Below are positions 1-9,570 of a stretch of 64,000 nt of DNA, piece by piece. The position numbers and the translations under genes were made by a program. The stretch lies in contig FLMG01003379.1 of assembly GCA_900088475.1 (NCBI GenBank), forward strand, positions 1 to 64,000, written 5' to 3'. A model generated the notes under the pieces. That model was not told the DNA's origin and did not search any database. It saw only the letters and a list, made by a program, of their open reading frames with translations. Within the stretch, counting starts at the first letter, position 1. The number at the start of each line of letters is the position of its first letter. Source of the DNA: Hyphochytrium catenoides (lineage: Eukaryota > Protista > Hyphochytriomycota).

Positions 1-134
1 GAAATTTCAGCAATTTGCTGATAGCGTATCGTTTAGCGTACCCCGGTGGAAGTGCTCTTCAGTAGTTTTTTATAAAAATCACCTGTAGCAAAAAGAAAAT
101 ATGACCGTTACCAAACTGACAGTGTAATGGCAAG

Positions 135-1127
135 CTAGAGTATTTCAAATATGGGTAACGGCTTTCCCCACAGCTTTGGAGCTCTCATTAGAGCTCGATA
201 CCTTCTGTTTATAGGTGGTTCGAATATCGGGAATGGTGGTGGCATCGGGTCGAGGACAAAGGGTTCGATAACGAAGGTATCCTTCTTCTTCTTACTATCT
301 AACCATTCCTTTCCAGCCACAATTCCCCATATTCCCAGCCCGACCACTGCAATGCAAGCGAGGATAAGGAACACTGCCTTCATCTTGCCATATGAACCAC
401 GAAAGGGAGCCTTCATGAGCTTGAAACCAGTACCACCAACTGCAACGATGAGTATAATAGGGACGAGGATGTAAATTAGTGGTCCAATAAGTGCTGCTCC
501 GATTGCATTGATGATACCGGCTACGAAGTTGGAGTCCGCTGTGGCCTTCTGAGTGACATCCGTAGTGGCGCTATTCTTGACGCCCATAGATTCCAGGGCC
601 TTAAGGTAGTTATCAGAGACTATCTTGGAAGCGTTCTCTTGGATAATAGTACCTGTCATATTGACTTTTTTACAATAGTCGTTTACACTGATATTGGTTT
701 TCAGTTTGGCTGCAGTGATATTCTCGGTAAGCTTTTCAGTTGTGATGGTCGTGTTAATCAGATTTCTAACCCGTGCTTCTGTCTCTGCGCTCGAAGAGGT
801 CATCGGAAACCCTTTAGCTTCGGCAGTCTGATTAGTTTTGTTGATAATAATGTCGTCGTTCTGAACCTCGGCTGTAGTCTGGGCCTCCGTCTTCTGGCTG
901 GCTTGTGCTTCGCTCTTGTTACTTTGCGTGATAATCCCACTCATTTCAAAAACACTATCCTTACAGTTAGGGGGTGCGTTAAAGGATAGCTCATTTACTA
1001 GCTCTTGTGTCACCCTCAGTGATGAAGAGATCTTTCTTCCAATCTCAGTTGACATCGACGTCAGCGCATCCGTCAACGCCTTAGCCTTGGTGTCGCCATC
1101 GATGCCTAATGCTTTCATCAGCGACAT
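135..1127 (-). CDS. Virion lipid-membrane protein, L1R/F9L-like
   Basis: 330 aa, intronless. T/S/Q/N-rich ectodomain with two Cys-containing pseudo-repeats (NCKDSVFEMSGIITQSN / YCKKVNMTGTIIQEN), then two hydrophobic C-terminal helices. No Gly-2 myristoylation site; an in-frame stop at 1157-1155 rules out an upstream start. Confidence 0.55.
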   Translation of the reverse strand: MSLMKALGIDGDTKAKALTDALTSMSTEIGRKISSSLRVTQELVNELSFNAPPNCKDSVFEMSGIITQSNKSEAQASQKTEAQTTAEVQNDDIIINKTNQTAEAKGFPMTSSSAETEARVRNLINTTITTEKLTENITAAKLKTNISVNDYCKKVNMTGTIIQENASKIVSDNYLKALESMGVKNSATTDVTQKATADSNFVAGIINAIGAALIGPLIYILVPIILIVAVGGTGFKLMKAPFRGSYGKMKAVFLILACIAVVGLGIWGIVAGKEWLDSKKKKDTFVIEPFVLDPMPPPFPIFEPPINRRYRALMRAPKLWGKPLPIFEIL

Positions 1128-1249
1128 GGTTCCAGTTTTTTGTTCAGTGCGACTCTACTACCCACACCACCTAGATCAGACGTATACCTTACGAGAGAAA
1201 AAAATAAAATGTCATTTCCAGTAGCTGCACCTCTAAGTAGAGACACCGG

Positions 1250-1720
1250 TCAAGCTGCGGTGGCTAGGTTCGCGGTACCGCGTGGGACGATAGGGGTGAT
1301 CTGCTCAAGGCTGACTGCGACTGGTACTGTCTGCGCCCGAGTTGCCGAGGTTCGACTCGCCTGCTGTTGTTCAGCTATAATCCGATCTAGGTCTGACACA
1401 GGCTCAGCTTGGACAAAGAATAAGAAGATGATCGTAAGGAACGCACCGGCAAACGTACTAACAAAGATATACAGAACCGTTGCAGGTGCTTTGTCGTCTG
1501 GGTAGACCGGAATGAGAAGTGCACAAACGATTATCATCACTAAGGAAGTTATTATAAGCCATGCTAGTACGTCAATCAATGTAATGCTTTTCAATTTTTT
1601 CTTGATTGCGCTGGCTCCCCGCTGGACTCTGGCTGATCCCCTCTCAAGAGACCTTTTGATTTGGATCTTAGATCTGGCATTATCGACTAGCAGTGAAGAC
1701 GCACCTGCGCTAGAAGCTAT
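1250..1720 (-). CDS. Small two-TM membrane protein (virus-like); start codon apparently mutated ATG>ATA
   Basis: Frame is open from ATA-GCT-TCT at 1720, just after a TAA at 1726-1724, through a basic N-terminus to two TM segments. No ATG precedes the first TM. Confidence 0.5.
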   Translation of the reverse strand: MASSAGASSLLVDNARSKIQIKRSLERGSARVQRGASAIKKKLKSITLIDVLAWLIITSLVMIIVCALLIPVYPDDKAPATVLYIFVSTFAGAFLTIIFLFFVQAEPVSDLDRIIAEQQQASRTSATRAQTVPVAVSLEQITPIVPRGTANLATAA

Positions 1721-1769
1721 ATGTTATCCAGAAGATAAAAAAAAATACTTCTATAGCTAGGACATAACA

Positions 1770-2846
1770 ATGGTGCTGGTGGCGGTATTGCTCCTCCTTG
1801 TGCTGCTTATAGTGTTTGCCGTACGACGGACCGATCATTTGGAGCCAGAGACTATCTTCGTCTCGGTGGCATCGTATAGAGACCCAAGCTGCTTGAGGAC
1901 TATCAATTTCTTGTTTAGTAATGCAAAGAAGCCGGACTTGATAGTAGTAGTCGGCATCTGCCAACAGAACAAGCATGAAGATGATGGTTGTTTAGATCCG
2001 GCATGGAGGCACCGCATTCGCATGATCAGGCTGCCCCACCACGATGCCAAGGGACCGACGTGGGCGCGCTACCTGTGCAGTACGTTATGGGATGGTGAAA
2101 CCTACTTCTTACAAATCGACTCTCACACCACGTTTGCCAGGCATTGGGATGCCAAACTCATTGGTATGATTAAAGGACTAAGGGCTAAGGGAGTCCACAA
2201 GCCAGTGCTGTCCACCTATCCCAGGAACGACACAGAGTACACCAGTCCTAGAGTCAACGATCACATACCTGTGATCTGTAAGAGCTTCTTCAATGACCGG
2301 AACTTGATTTCGTTCCCTGGAGCGGAGTTTGTGGGACCGGACCGCCAGATGATCCCGACACCATACGTCTCTGGAGGGTTACTCTTTGCACCAGCGGAGA
2401 TCCTCAAAGAAGTGCCATACGACCCTTACCTTCCAAACCTAGTTGTTGGAGAAGAGATCCTGCATAGCATACGTCTCTGGACACATGGATGGGACATCTT
2501 CGCGCCCACCGAGAATGTGGTCTTCCACTGCTACGAGCGCCAAGGTGAGCCCAAGTTCTGGGAGGACAACCACTTTGCAATTGATGACAAGGATGCCGTC
2601 GACAAGGTCAGATTCCTGCTTGGCTTGAAGGATGCGCCAAGTGCATTGCCCCGAGGTGTTAGTCTCAACATAGATAAATATGGACTGGGGACCAAGAGGT
2701 CACTTCAGGACTACCTGGCCTTCGCTGGCATCAACATAGAGAGACAAGAGGTCACCCGCAACTTCTGTACTGACACTGATGTTCCTGAAGTCTATGAGAA
2801 ATACAAATACCTGCCACCATCAAGCACAGGAGTAGTCCAGACCTAG
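1770..2846 (+). CDS. GT60-family GlcNAc-transferase (Gnt1/Gnt2-like) with N-terminal signal anchor
   Basis: Motifs TIFVSVASYRD, AKGPTWAR, YFLQIDSH, KPVLSTYP, VPYDP, GEE..HSIRLWTHGWD, YGLGTKRSL. Intronless, with a hydrophobic N-terminus. Confidence 0.85.
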   Translation: MVLVAVLLLLVLLIVFAVRRTDHLEPETIFVSVASYRDPSCLRTINFLFSNAKKPDLIVVVGICQQNKHEDDGCLDPAWRHRIRMIRLPHHDAKGPTWARYLCSTLWDGETYFLQIDSHTTFARHWDAKLIGMIKGLRAKGVHKPVLSTYPRNDTEYTSPRVNDHIPVICKSFFNDRNLISFPGAEFVGPDRQMIPTPYVSGGLLFAPAEILKEVPYDPYLPNLVVGEEILHSIRLWTHGWDIFAPTENVVFHCYERQGEPKFWEDNHFAIDDKDAVDKVRFLLGLKDAPSALPRGVSLNIDKYGLGTKRSLQDYLAFAGINIERQEVTRNFCTDTDVPEVYEKYKYLPPSSTGVVQT

Positions 2847-3021
2847 TCATGGGCGCAAACCGTAGACTAGCGTTAGCTTCTGGATTCGAACAAAACTGTA
2901 GCCGAGCGCTCAGATGTTTGTGTAGCCCTTAGATCCAAGCAGCTGGCACGAAAGCAGAATGAACCAATTGAAAAAAAAAAGAAGACGTGCTTACTTATGC
3001 GTATATAGCCTAGGACTCTAT

Positions 3022-3473
3022 TTACACTAGCGGACTCGCTAGCAGGTTAAACACGTTTTCCGCAGAAGCCTCTTGAATCTTGGAATTGTCGATTTTGAAC
3101 GAAGCAGAACGCACGCGCGGATCTGTCCACAGCGCACGCACTACGTCCATGTGCTGCTTCTCGGCCGCCCAAAGGAGCGCGCTATAATTCAAGCAAGTAG
3201 TAGGATCAACACGAGGATCCTCTAACAATGCCTTCACAACGTCGACATGCCCGTTCTGGTGGGCAGCAAACCAGAGCGCGACGCTGTCGCACGCAGACGG
3301 ATCCACACGACGAGAGTCCGCCATCAAACTCGAACCAAATCAGTATAACCTTTAGAAGCAGCTGCCATGATCGGCCCATTGTTGTCCGCAGCCGGATCAA
3401 CGTCCGGACTTTTCAATAGAGCACGAGCCGCATCTGAATTGCCAACCTTCACCACCTGCTTGAAAACCTCCAT
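3022..3473 (-). pseudogene. Ankyrin-repeat protein (DPRVDP type), single frameshift
   Basis: MEVFKQVVKVGNSDAARALLKSPDVDPAADNNGPIMAAASKGYTDLVRV, then an apparent 1-nt loss near 3327 (GTTTGATG versus expected GTT TTG ATG). Continues as LMADSRRVDPS..AAHQNGHVDVVKALLEDPRVDP. Confidence 0.8.
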
Positions 3474-3655
3474 CTTCACTATACACTATGACAACAACTC
3501 TTTTATAAAATGTTATCTTGAAAACTGTGATGGGACAACATCGTAGCATACTCGTTAGCGGCTAGTGCTGCCCACCCTTATCCGTTAGGAGCTACACAAG
3601 AACGAATGTGTAGACTGGAACCATTAGCTGCTGAAGGCGGACCATGATGGCTACG

Positions 3656-3997
3656 CCTGCTTGGCGGGCCAAGTGCATTGCCCCCCAGCGTTAGTCTAAA
3701 TATAGATAAATATGGACTGGGGACCCAGAGGTCACTACAGGACTACCTGAGCTTTGCTGGTATCAACACAGTACTGTGGGACTGTGGGTCAGCTTCCAGG
3801 TGCTGTTGCAGGAGGTCTTCTGTAGTAGTAGTAGACAGAAGTGGTAAGTCTATGTTACCTGCATAAAGTCTACCAGTAGTTCAAGTACTCCAATTATTAG
3901 GCTTCCCCACCTAGTATTGACACGGACGTTATGAGAATTACAAATACAGACAAAGCACTGGACAGACGTTAGCGGCTACCCTGGGGGCAAACCCTAG
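3656..3997 (+). pseudogene. Eroded second copy of the GT60 gene 3' end and its downstream spacer
   Basis: 3656-3771 aligns with ~2614-2739 (VSLNIDKYGLGT[K/Q]RSLQDYL[A/S]FAGIN). ~3913-3997 aligns with ~2768-2868. ~140 bp of unrelated sequence lies between. Confidence 0.85.
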
Positions 3998-4170
3998 CCT
4001 GCCGCTAACGGATATGACGGAGTAAGTTGTACTTGTAGCCATCTAGTCTGGAAGGCAAAGCTGTAGCTCTTGTCGCTAACGGATATGACGGAGCAAGTCT
4101 CGTAGCCTTGCAGCTAACACCTAGCCTGGAAAGCAAAGTTGTAGCCTTGCGGTTAGCACCTAGCGTGGGG
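3967..4170. repeat. Hairpin plus imperfect direct repeats (GTAGC/GCTAAC-rich)
   Basis: CGTTAGCGGC (3967-3976) pairs with GCCGCTAACG (4001-4010). CGCTAACGGATATGACGGAG occurs at ~4003 and ~4074. GTAGCCTTGC..ACCTAGC occurs at ~4102 and ~4141. Confidence 0.7.
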
Positions 4171-4419
4171 AGGACAGTGTTAAGCACTTTGAGACCGGAG
4201 CATCCATCAAACATGTTCGCCCCCATACGTACTAGGTCTGTACGCTAGCGTTAGCCGCTCTGTCACGGCGTCAAGCTTCCATCTGCACAAGTCAAACCTG
4301 TTGTACAAACAGCATCAGGGCAAACTGAGCGATCCAAGAGCACTATGTACCCCGCAAATTAGTGAGAAGTAAGCTAAGACAGATTGACCATGTTGTCGAG
4401 GGTAGTGTGCAAAATCTAG

Positions 4420-4824
4420 ATGGAGGACTTCTTGTTACAGCTGCGTCCTCGTCATAGTTTTGCGGAGTGTATAGTCTTGCTAAGGGCCGGTAAACTTGAC
4501 ATTCTCTTGGACGAGGCGTCTCAAGAGGAGTATGAGCATTCCTGTATAAAGCTGGTGGGGTATCTTGTGATAACCTTTTACCGCAACAATCGTCTTCTAG
4601 AGAAAACCTTTACTGGCTACTACATCCAATGTCTTCAGGACGACTTCCCGCACCTGAGTAAAACTAAGTTCAAAGTACACCTAGACCGCTATTATGCACG
4701 AGAACAAAGGAATGTCCGTAAACACTGTTTAAAGGTAAGACGTTTTACAAGGACTCTCATGCACCTCAATCTGCCTATAGACGTCATCAGGATTATCTAC
4801 CGTTTCCTCGTGGTCAAGTACTAG
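4420..4824 (+). CDS. Virus-like hypothetical protein with C-terminal F-box-like motif
   Basis: 134 aa, intronless, ending LNLPIDVIRIIYRFL. An in-frame upstream ATG at 4390 is cut off by TAG at 4417-4419. Confidence 0.5.
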   Translation: MEDFLLQLRPRHSFAECIVLLRAGKLDILLDEASQEEYEHSCIKLVGYLVITFYRNNRLLEKTFTGYYIQCLQDDFPHLSKTKFKVHLDRYYAREQRNVRKHCLKVRRFTRTLMHLNLPIDVIRIIYRFLVVKY

Positions 4825-5399
4825 TGCAAGTTAATTGCAGCGGCCACCACGAAGAACGACATAGATTCACGCATAGTAGATTACTTATTTTTTTCCTATA
4901 GTAGAATAATAACAACAAAACAAAGAGAAGGATGGTTGTGGGTCTGGCGCTTACGGCATTGGTAGGTTACGGCTGTTCAAGCATCATGGCAAGCCCCCAC
5001 CAAAGCGGGAAGTTTGGCAACCACTAGCGGAGCCCGCGCCAAACTACGATGAGAGTGACCCCTATGACACTCCCTATGACTCTGACTAGCACCGTTATCC
5101 ACTACGACCATGGCTCTATGAGTACTTCCTAGCCAGATAATCGAACCAATCGTCCTCCTTGCCCTGTCTCCACGCCTTCCTTGCCTTAATTTCTTGTTCC
5201 ATCTCAATGAGAGTAGACTCAGAGGCCCTCGGTTCCGCTTCTCCACCTGCAACCTCTTCTGCTTCCGACTCCATTGATTGTTCCGAGCCAGCTAGATCCT
5301 CACTAATAGTCTCTTGTGAGTCCGCGTCCTCTGTTCCTTCCAGGTCTGCCGCAAGCTCCTTGTTATCTTATCTTCACCAGTAGTACTATCAGAGTCACT

Positions 5400-7462
5400 A
5401 CTATCAGATATCACAATGACATATGACACTGGTCTTTGAAGTGGTTGTGGTGGCGCTGGCTTCTGCTCAGAAGATGGATAGAGCTCTCGTCTCCCTCTGG
5501 ATGGATCACAGGTCCTCTGTTGATTAACCTTGATGATGGGACTAATGGTCTCATCAACTGCCTGGTGAGATGACATCAGACTCAAGAGGGACCGGGTGGT
5601 GCCGGAGGCTGCTTGAAGGTCTGGTCTGGATGGGAAGTTTGAAAGTGACATTGTGAGGCCGACTCACAGGCATTAGCTCACTTTTCAATTTTCCATCTAC
5701 CGAACAAACCCAAGCTCCCTCCCAAGAGCAAGGTAGCCGCCTGTCCCGCCAACCGCAACCGCGTGCTACAGCCCACACATCGTCTATGGCAACGCGGTCA
5801 TCAAGATGCTCCCAAAGATGAAGATCTTTTCAGTTTGACAGAGACCATCAATGCCCTGGATGGAGAAGGTGTCTTGGAGTCCTGTCTACTGACGGCGTTC
5901 CCTGTTAACCTTCGCTGGCTACTGGATGCCTGACCTGCTTCCGAAGACCGAAGAATCCAGTGCCCCTGCTTATCATACATGGCGAGAGGCGGCGCGTCAC
6001 CTCTTATGTTGAGCCATGGAAGGACAGCCGGGGTCGCAACACATCTCGCTACATCTGTGAGCCTGCCGAGGTCGACGACAGCCAAGATCAGGACGACGAC
6101 TCTCGTTGGATTGCGACGCGTGTCCCCGACACTGTGACCTTGCTCCGTTGCCAAGCCCTCGATGAAGCCTATGAGCCCACACTGGGTGTCATGCATCCCA
6201 AGCTATCCCTTCTGTTCACCAGAGCACCTAGCCCCGGTGTCCAGGTAGTAGTCTCCAGTGCCAACCTAGTGCCCCAAGTCTCTGTCGACATGTCATGGAC
6301 ACAATGGTTTGCCGCACTGGGGTCGGCCACACCACGAGACCCGCTTGGAAGTATCCCCGAGGACTTTGGTGTCTACCTGGAAGACTTTCTGTACAAGCTT
6401 CATCAATCTATTCTTAGTCTATATAATGATGCTGGGCTGATCCTATGGTTAGAGAAGTATGGCCTAGGGCTGGATGGGCTGGCAACCTACTACGACTTCC
6501 AAGCTGCAGCTGCTGCCCTTGTCACCAGCGTCCCAGGAACTCATCGCTACCTCCTCCGGTTACCTCGGAAGAATAGCCAACACAGCTACAAGGCAAAGAC
6601 AGGAAACGAGTCTAACCTACACTATGGCCAACGTCGGGTCGCCGAGATCCTCGCAGCTATAGGCCCAGAGCTTCCACGGCCACTAACTCCCGACGATCCC
6701 TTGGTCCTCCAGCCTAAGAGTATAGGCAAGTCTATGCACCCAACGAACATGCACCTGCTCTGTGAGTCGTTTGGTAGCGACAAGTGCGATATCATCTGGC
6801 CATCCAATCACTTTATACAGAATTGCAAAGATCTGAGTTGGAAAGGTGAAAGCGGCAGGGTCTTCTTGTCAATGAAGAACTTCCTGACCATGGGACCCGA
6901 CGCCTATGAACAGTTTATCGAGTACAAGACCAGCCACCCGCAGTGGGATGGCATCGTCCCGCATCTCAAGCTCTACTCTCGACTCTACCATCAGCCGTCT
7001 ACCGACGAGGATCCTACCTTGGCATGGCTGCTCCTTACTAGTGCCTGTGTGTCTACTGGAGCACAAGGCCAATGGGCTTTCAAGACCAACATCCAACAGC
7101 CTTGGCTAACTTTACGTAACTTTGAGATTGGTGTTATGCTATGGAGCTCTAAGAGGCGGCATCTGGCTGCGAGTACGAAGCCAAGTGTAACCACTGCCGG
7201 AACTACCAAGAAGTTCTGCATGATGGCCATAATACCCTACTACCAGATTACCTCCTCACGATCAAGGCTTTGTGAGACCCAGACCCGACCGTTCCTACAT
7301 GATAGCGCCGAGGAACGTCTACACTTCTGTGTCTGGGACCAAGCAGCTACAAGCCCGCCACCAACTACAAGAACCAAACCATGTGCGTGTGCCGATGAAG
7401 AGACCGCTCAATGCCTCAGGGCCGCCGCACAAGAAGTCGAGACCCTTGCCTCTGACACCTGA
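5400..7462 (+). pseudogene. TDP1: Tyrosyl-DNA phosphodiesterase 1-like (PLD superfamily); catalytic part open (5960-7462), 5' part frameshifted
   Basis: Two HxK motifs: GVMHPKL..VVVSSANL and PHLKLY..LAWLLLTSACVS..LRNFEIGV. The upstream TDP1-type segment LESCLLTAFPVNLRWLLDA lies in another frame, ends at TGA (~5931), and has no GT donor. Further stops and shifts lie upstream. Confidence 0.7.
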
Positions 7463-7653
7463 CCTCGCTCCCAACTGTGAGGTTACTCGAGAGAGCTTGA
7501 AGGCATTTATTCTCAAGCGCTTATGTAGAAACTGTAAGAGGTTCGACCTCTCATGGACTCATAGATGTAAATCTTTGTAATCTAACATATAGTTTCGTTT
7601 TCTTCTTGAACGTCTTGAATCTTCATTGCGTGTGCTTATCTTCTTTAGTCTCG

Positions 7654-8214
7654 TTTGGCGGGAGGAACTGGATTTGAATCCTCACAGTCAATCTTCCTTA
7701 ATCACGCTTCGGCCATAAACTCCCTCTGTACACTAGGGCAAATCCTTCAAAGAAGAAGAAAAGTGGCGTTTATGAATGAGTGTAATGGGGGTACGCCAGA
7801 CATCTTAAACGCAGGCATGACGGCGAGTCTGGCCGGAAGCAACGTGGGTTTGTTTGGCCATTGCCTATTATACTATGGAGATCAAAGGTAAACCCAGCTT
7901 GACCTTTACACACGTGCCTCTTACAGATTTGAAGGAGTGGAAGGCGCGCAAAGTTACCTTTACGCCCTCCCGCGTTCCTCGTATTGGCTCCTCTGTCTTT
8001 GACAACCAGAGATTGGCATCTCTATTATCCTCTGTCTCTTCATCTTTGCCCTATTGCACTGACCTGACACCACGTTCTCGGCTATCTAGAGATCACTCTG
8101 TCTGTCAGTATCTGCCCTCTGTTTCGCTTGGTAATTGTCTGTCATTTTCTTTGTGTCTCCAACAGTCCACACGCGCCTGGCGGGAAAGAGAATCTTCAGA
8201 CACTTCCATTCAAA
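7654..8214 (+). promoter_or_regulatory. E2F-like, CCAAT and CHR-like motifs upstream of RNR small subunit
   Basis: TTTGGCGG 7654, TTTGAA 7673, ATTGG 7983 and 8012, GGCGGGAAA 8179-8187, TTCAAA 8209. Confidence 0.5.
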
Positions 8215-8393
8215 CATCAGAGGACACAGCCGAGGCTTGAACTCTCACTCTTGCATCTTCTCTCGTCTTCTTGGGAGCGCTACGCTTTCTCTCCCTTTGA
8301 GCCGAAGCTGAGACTTCACCAGTCCAAGTTTTCCCTTCCCTACAGAGTCTCGCTTCGCCCGCGTCCTCCGTAAAACAAACCAAAGCTTCCACA

Positions 8394-9570
8394 ATGCCTG
8401 CGCTTGAGTCGACCACCGCGCCTATTGAGCCTCTTGACTTTGCCATGACTTCCTCCAATGCTTCTATTTCAGATTTCAAGAGGAAAGAGCTCAATGGCGA
8501 GCTTGCTCCTGAGCCATATCTCTCAGAGAATCCAAACAGATTTGTTATCTTCCCAATCAAAGAGAACGATGTGTGGAAGATGTACAAGCAGGCAGAAGCT
8601 AGCTTTTGGACCGCTGAGGAGCTGGACCTTGTCCATGATCTTAAGGACTGGACGAAGCTTAACGATAACGAGAGACACTTCATTAAGACTGTCCTCGCCT
8701 TCTTTGCTGCTAGGTATTGCTTATAACCCGATCCGCAATTTGCCTATGTCGATCAGTACTAACGACCCCGTTGCTTTGATTGATGTTTCTCTCTCTCTTA
8801 TCCTTTGCAGTGATGGTATTGTGAATGAAAACCTTGCTATGAACTTTAGCAATGAGGTTCAAGTGCCAGAGGCGCGGTGCTTCTACGGCTTCCAAATTGC
8901 CATTGAAAACATCCATTCCGAGGTGTACTCGCTTTTGATCGACACCTACATTAAGGATCCTGTAGAGAAGGATAACACTTTTAGGGCCATTGAGACTACG
9001 GAGTGCGTGCAGAAGAAGGCTAGATGGGCACTTCAATGGTGCAACGCCAAAAATGCCGCTTATGCTGAAAGGCTTGTAGCCTTTGCTGCAGTTGAGGGCA
9101 TCTTTTTCTCTGGATCCTTTTGCTCCATCTTCTGGCTCAAGAAGCGTGGTCTCATGCCAGGACTCTGCTTTTCCAACGAGCTTATCAGCCGGGATGAGGG
9201 CCTTCACTGTGACTTCGCCTGTTTGATGTATAAGAAGCTAGTCAACAAGCTGCCCAATGACAGAATTCAGACTATTATTGCAGACGCCGTCGCCATCGAA
9301 AAAGAGTTCGTCAAGGATGCTTTGCCTGTTGAGCTCATTGGCATGAACTCTGACCTGATGTGCCAGTACATTGAGTTCGTCGCTGACAGGCTGCTCGGTG
9401 CTCTGGGCTGCCCTAAACTCTACCAGGCAAGCAACCCTTTCGACTGGATGGACATGATTTCTCTTCAAGGCAAGACCAACTTCTTTGAGAAGAGAGTAGG
9501 GGAGTACGCCAAGGCAGGTGTTGGAGTGGATAGAGAAGAGCAAGTTTTCACTCTAGACGCTGACTTTTAA
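8394..9570 (+). CDS. RRM2: Ribonucleoside-diphosphate reductase small subunit (2 exons: 8394-8713, 8811-9570)
   Basis: [53 protein letters not shown]-terminal FTLDADF. GT-AG intron with a TACTAAC branch point. Confidence 0.97.

Larger units (their letters stand above)
1..4900. mobile_element. Putative endogenous giant-virus (Nucleocytoviricota) element, right-hand edge; left end outside window
   Basis: Intronless compact ORFs with ~50-120 bp A/T-tract spacers, unlike most genes downstream. Gene types typical of NCLDVs (L1R-like, GT60, DPRVDP ankyrin, C-terminal F-box-like). Several ORFs are disrupted. Right junction is approximate (4850-5000). Confidence 0.7.

Noticed and set aside
1590-1600. 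AAAATTGA (mimivirus early promoter) on the minus strand
   Set aside because: It lies inside the extended reading frame (KKKLK) of the 2-TM gene and is explained by coding sequence.
3771-3914. GT...AG-bounded insert in the GT60 remnant as a newly gained spliceosomal intron
   Set aside because: Removing it does not restore the frame, and ~27 nt of homologous coding sequence are missing, so it is a replacement rather than a clean intron.
4005-4226. 73-aa ORF with a BspA-like NMFDGCSGL motif
   Set aside because: Single motif only. The rest translates the non-coding repeat array.
8394-9570. RNR small subunit as part of the viral insert
   Set aside because: It has a canonical intron with branch point, a typical eukaryotic sequence and a host-type promoter.
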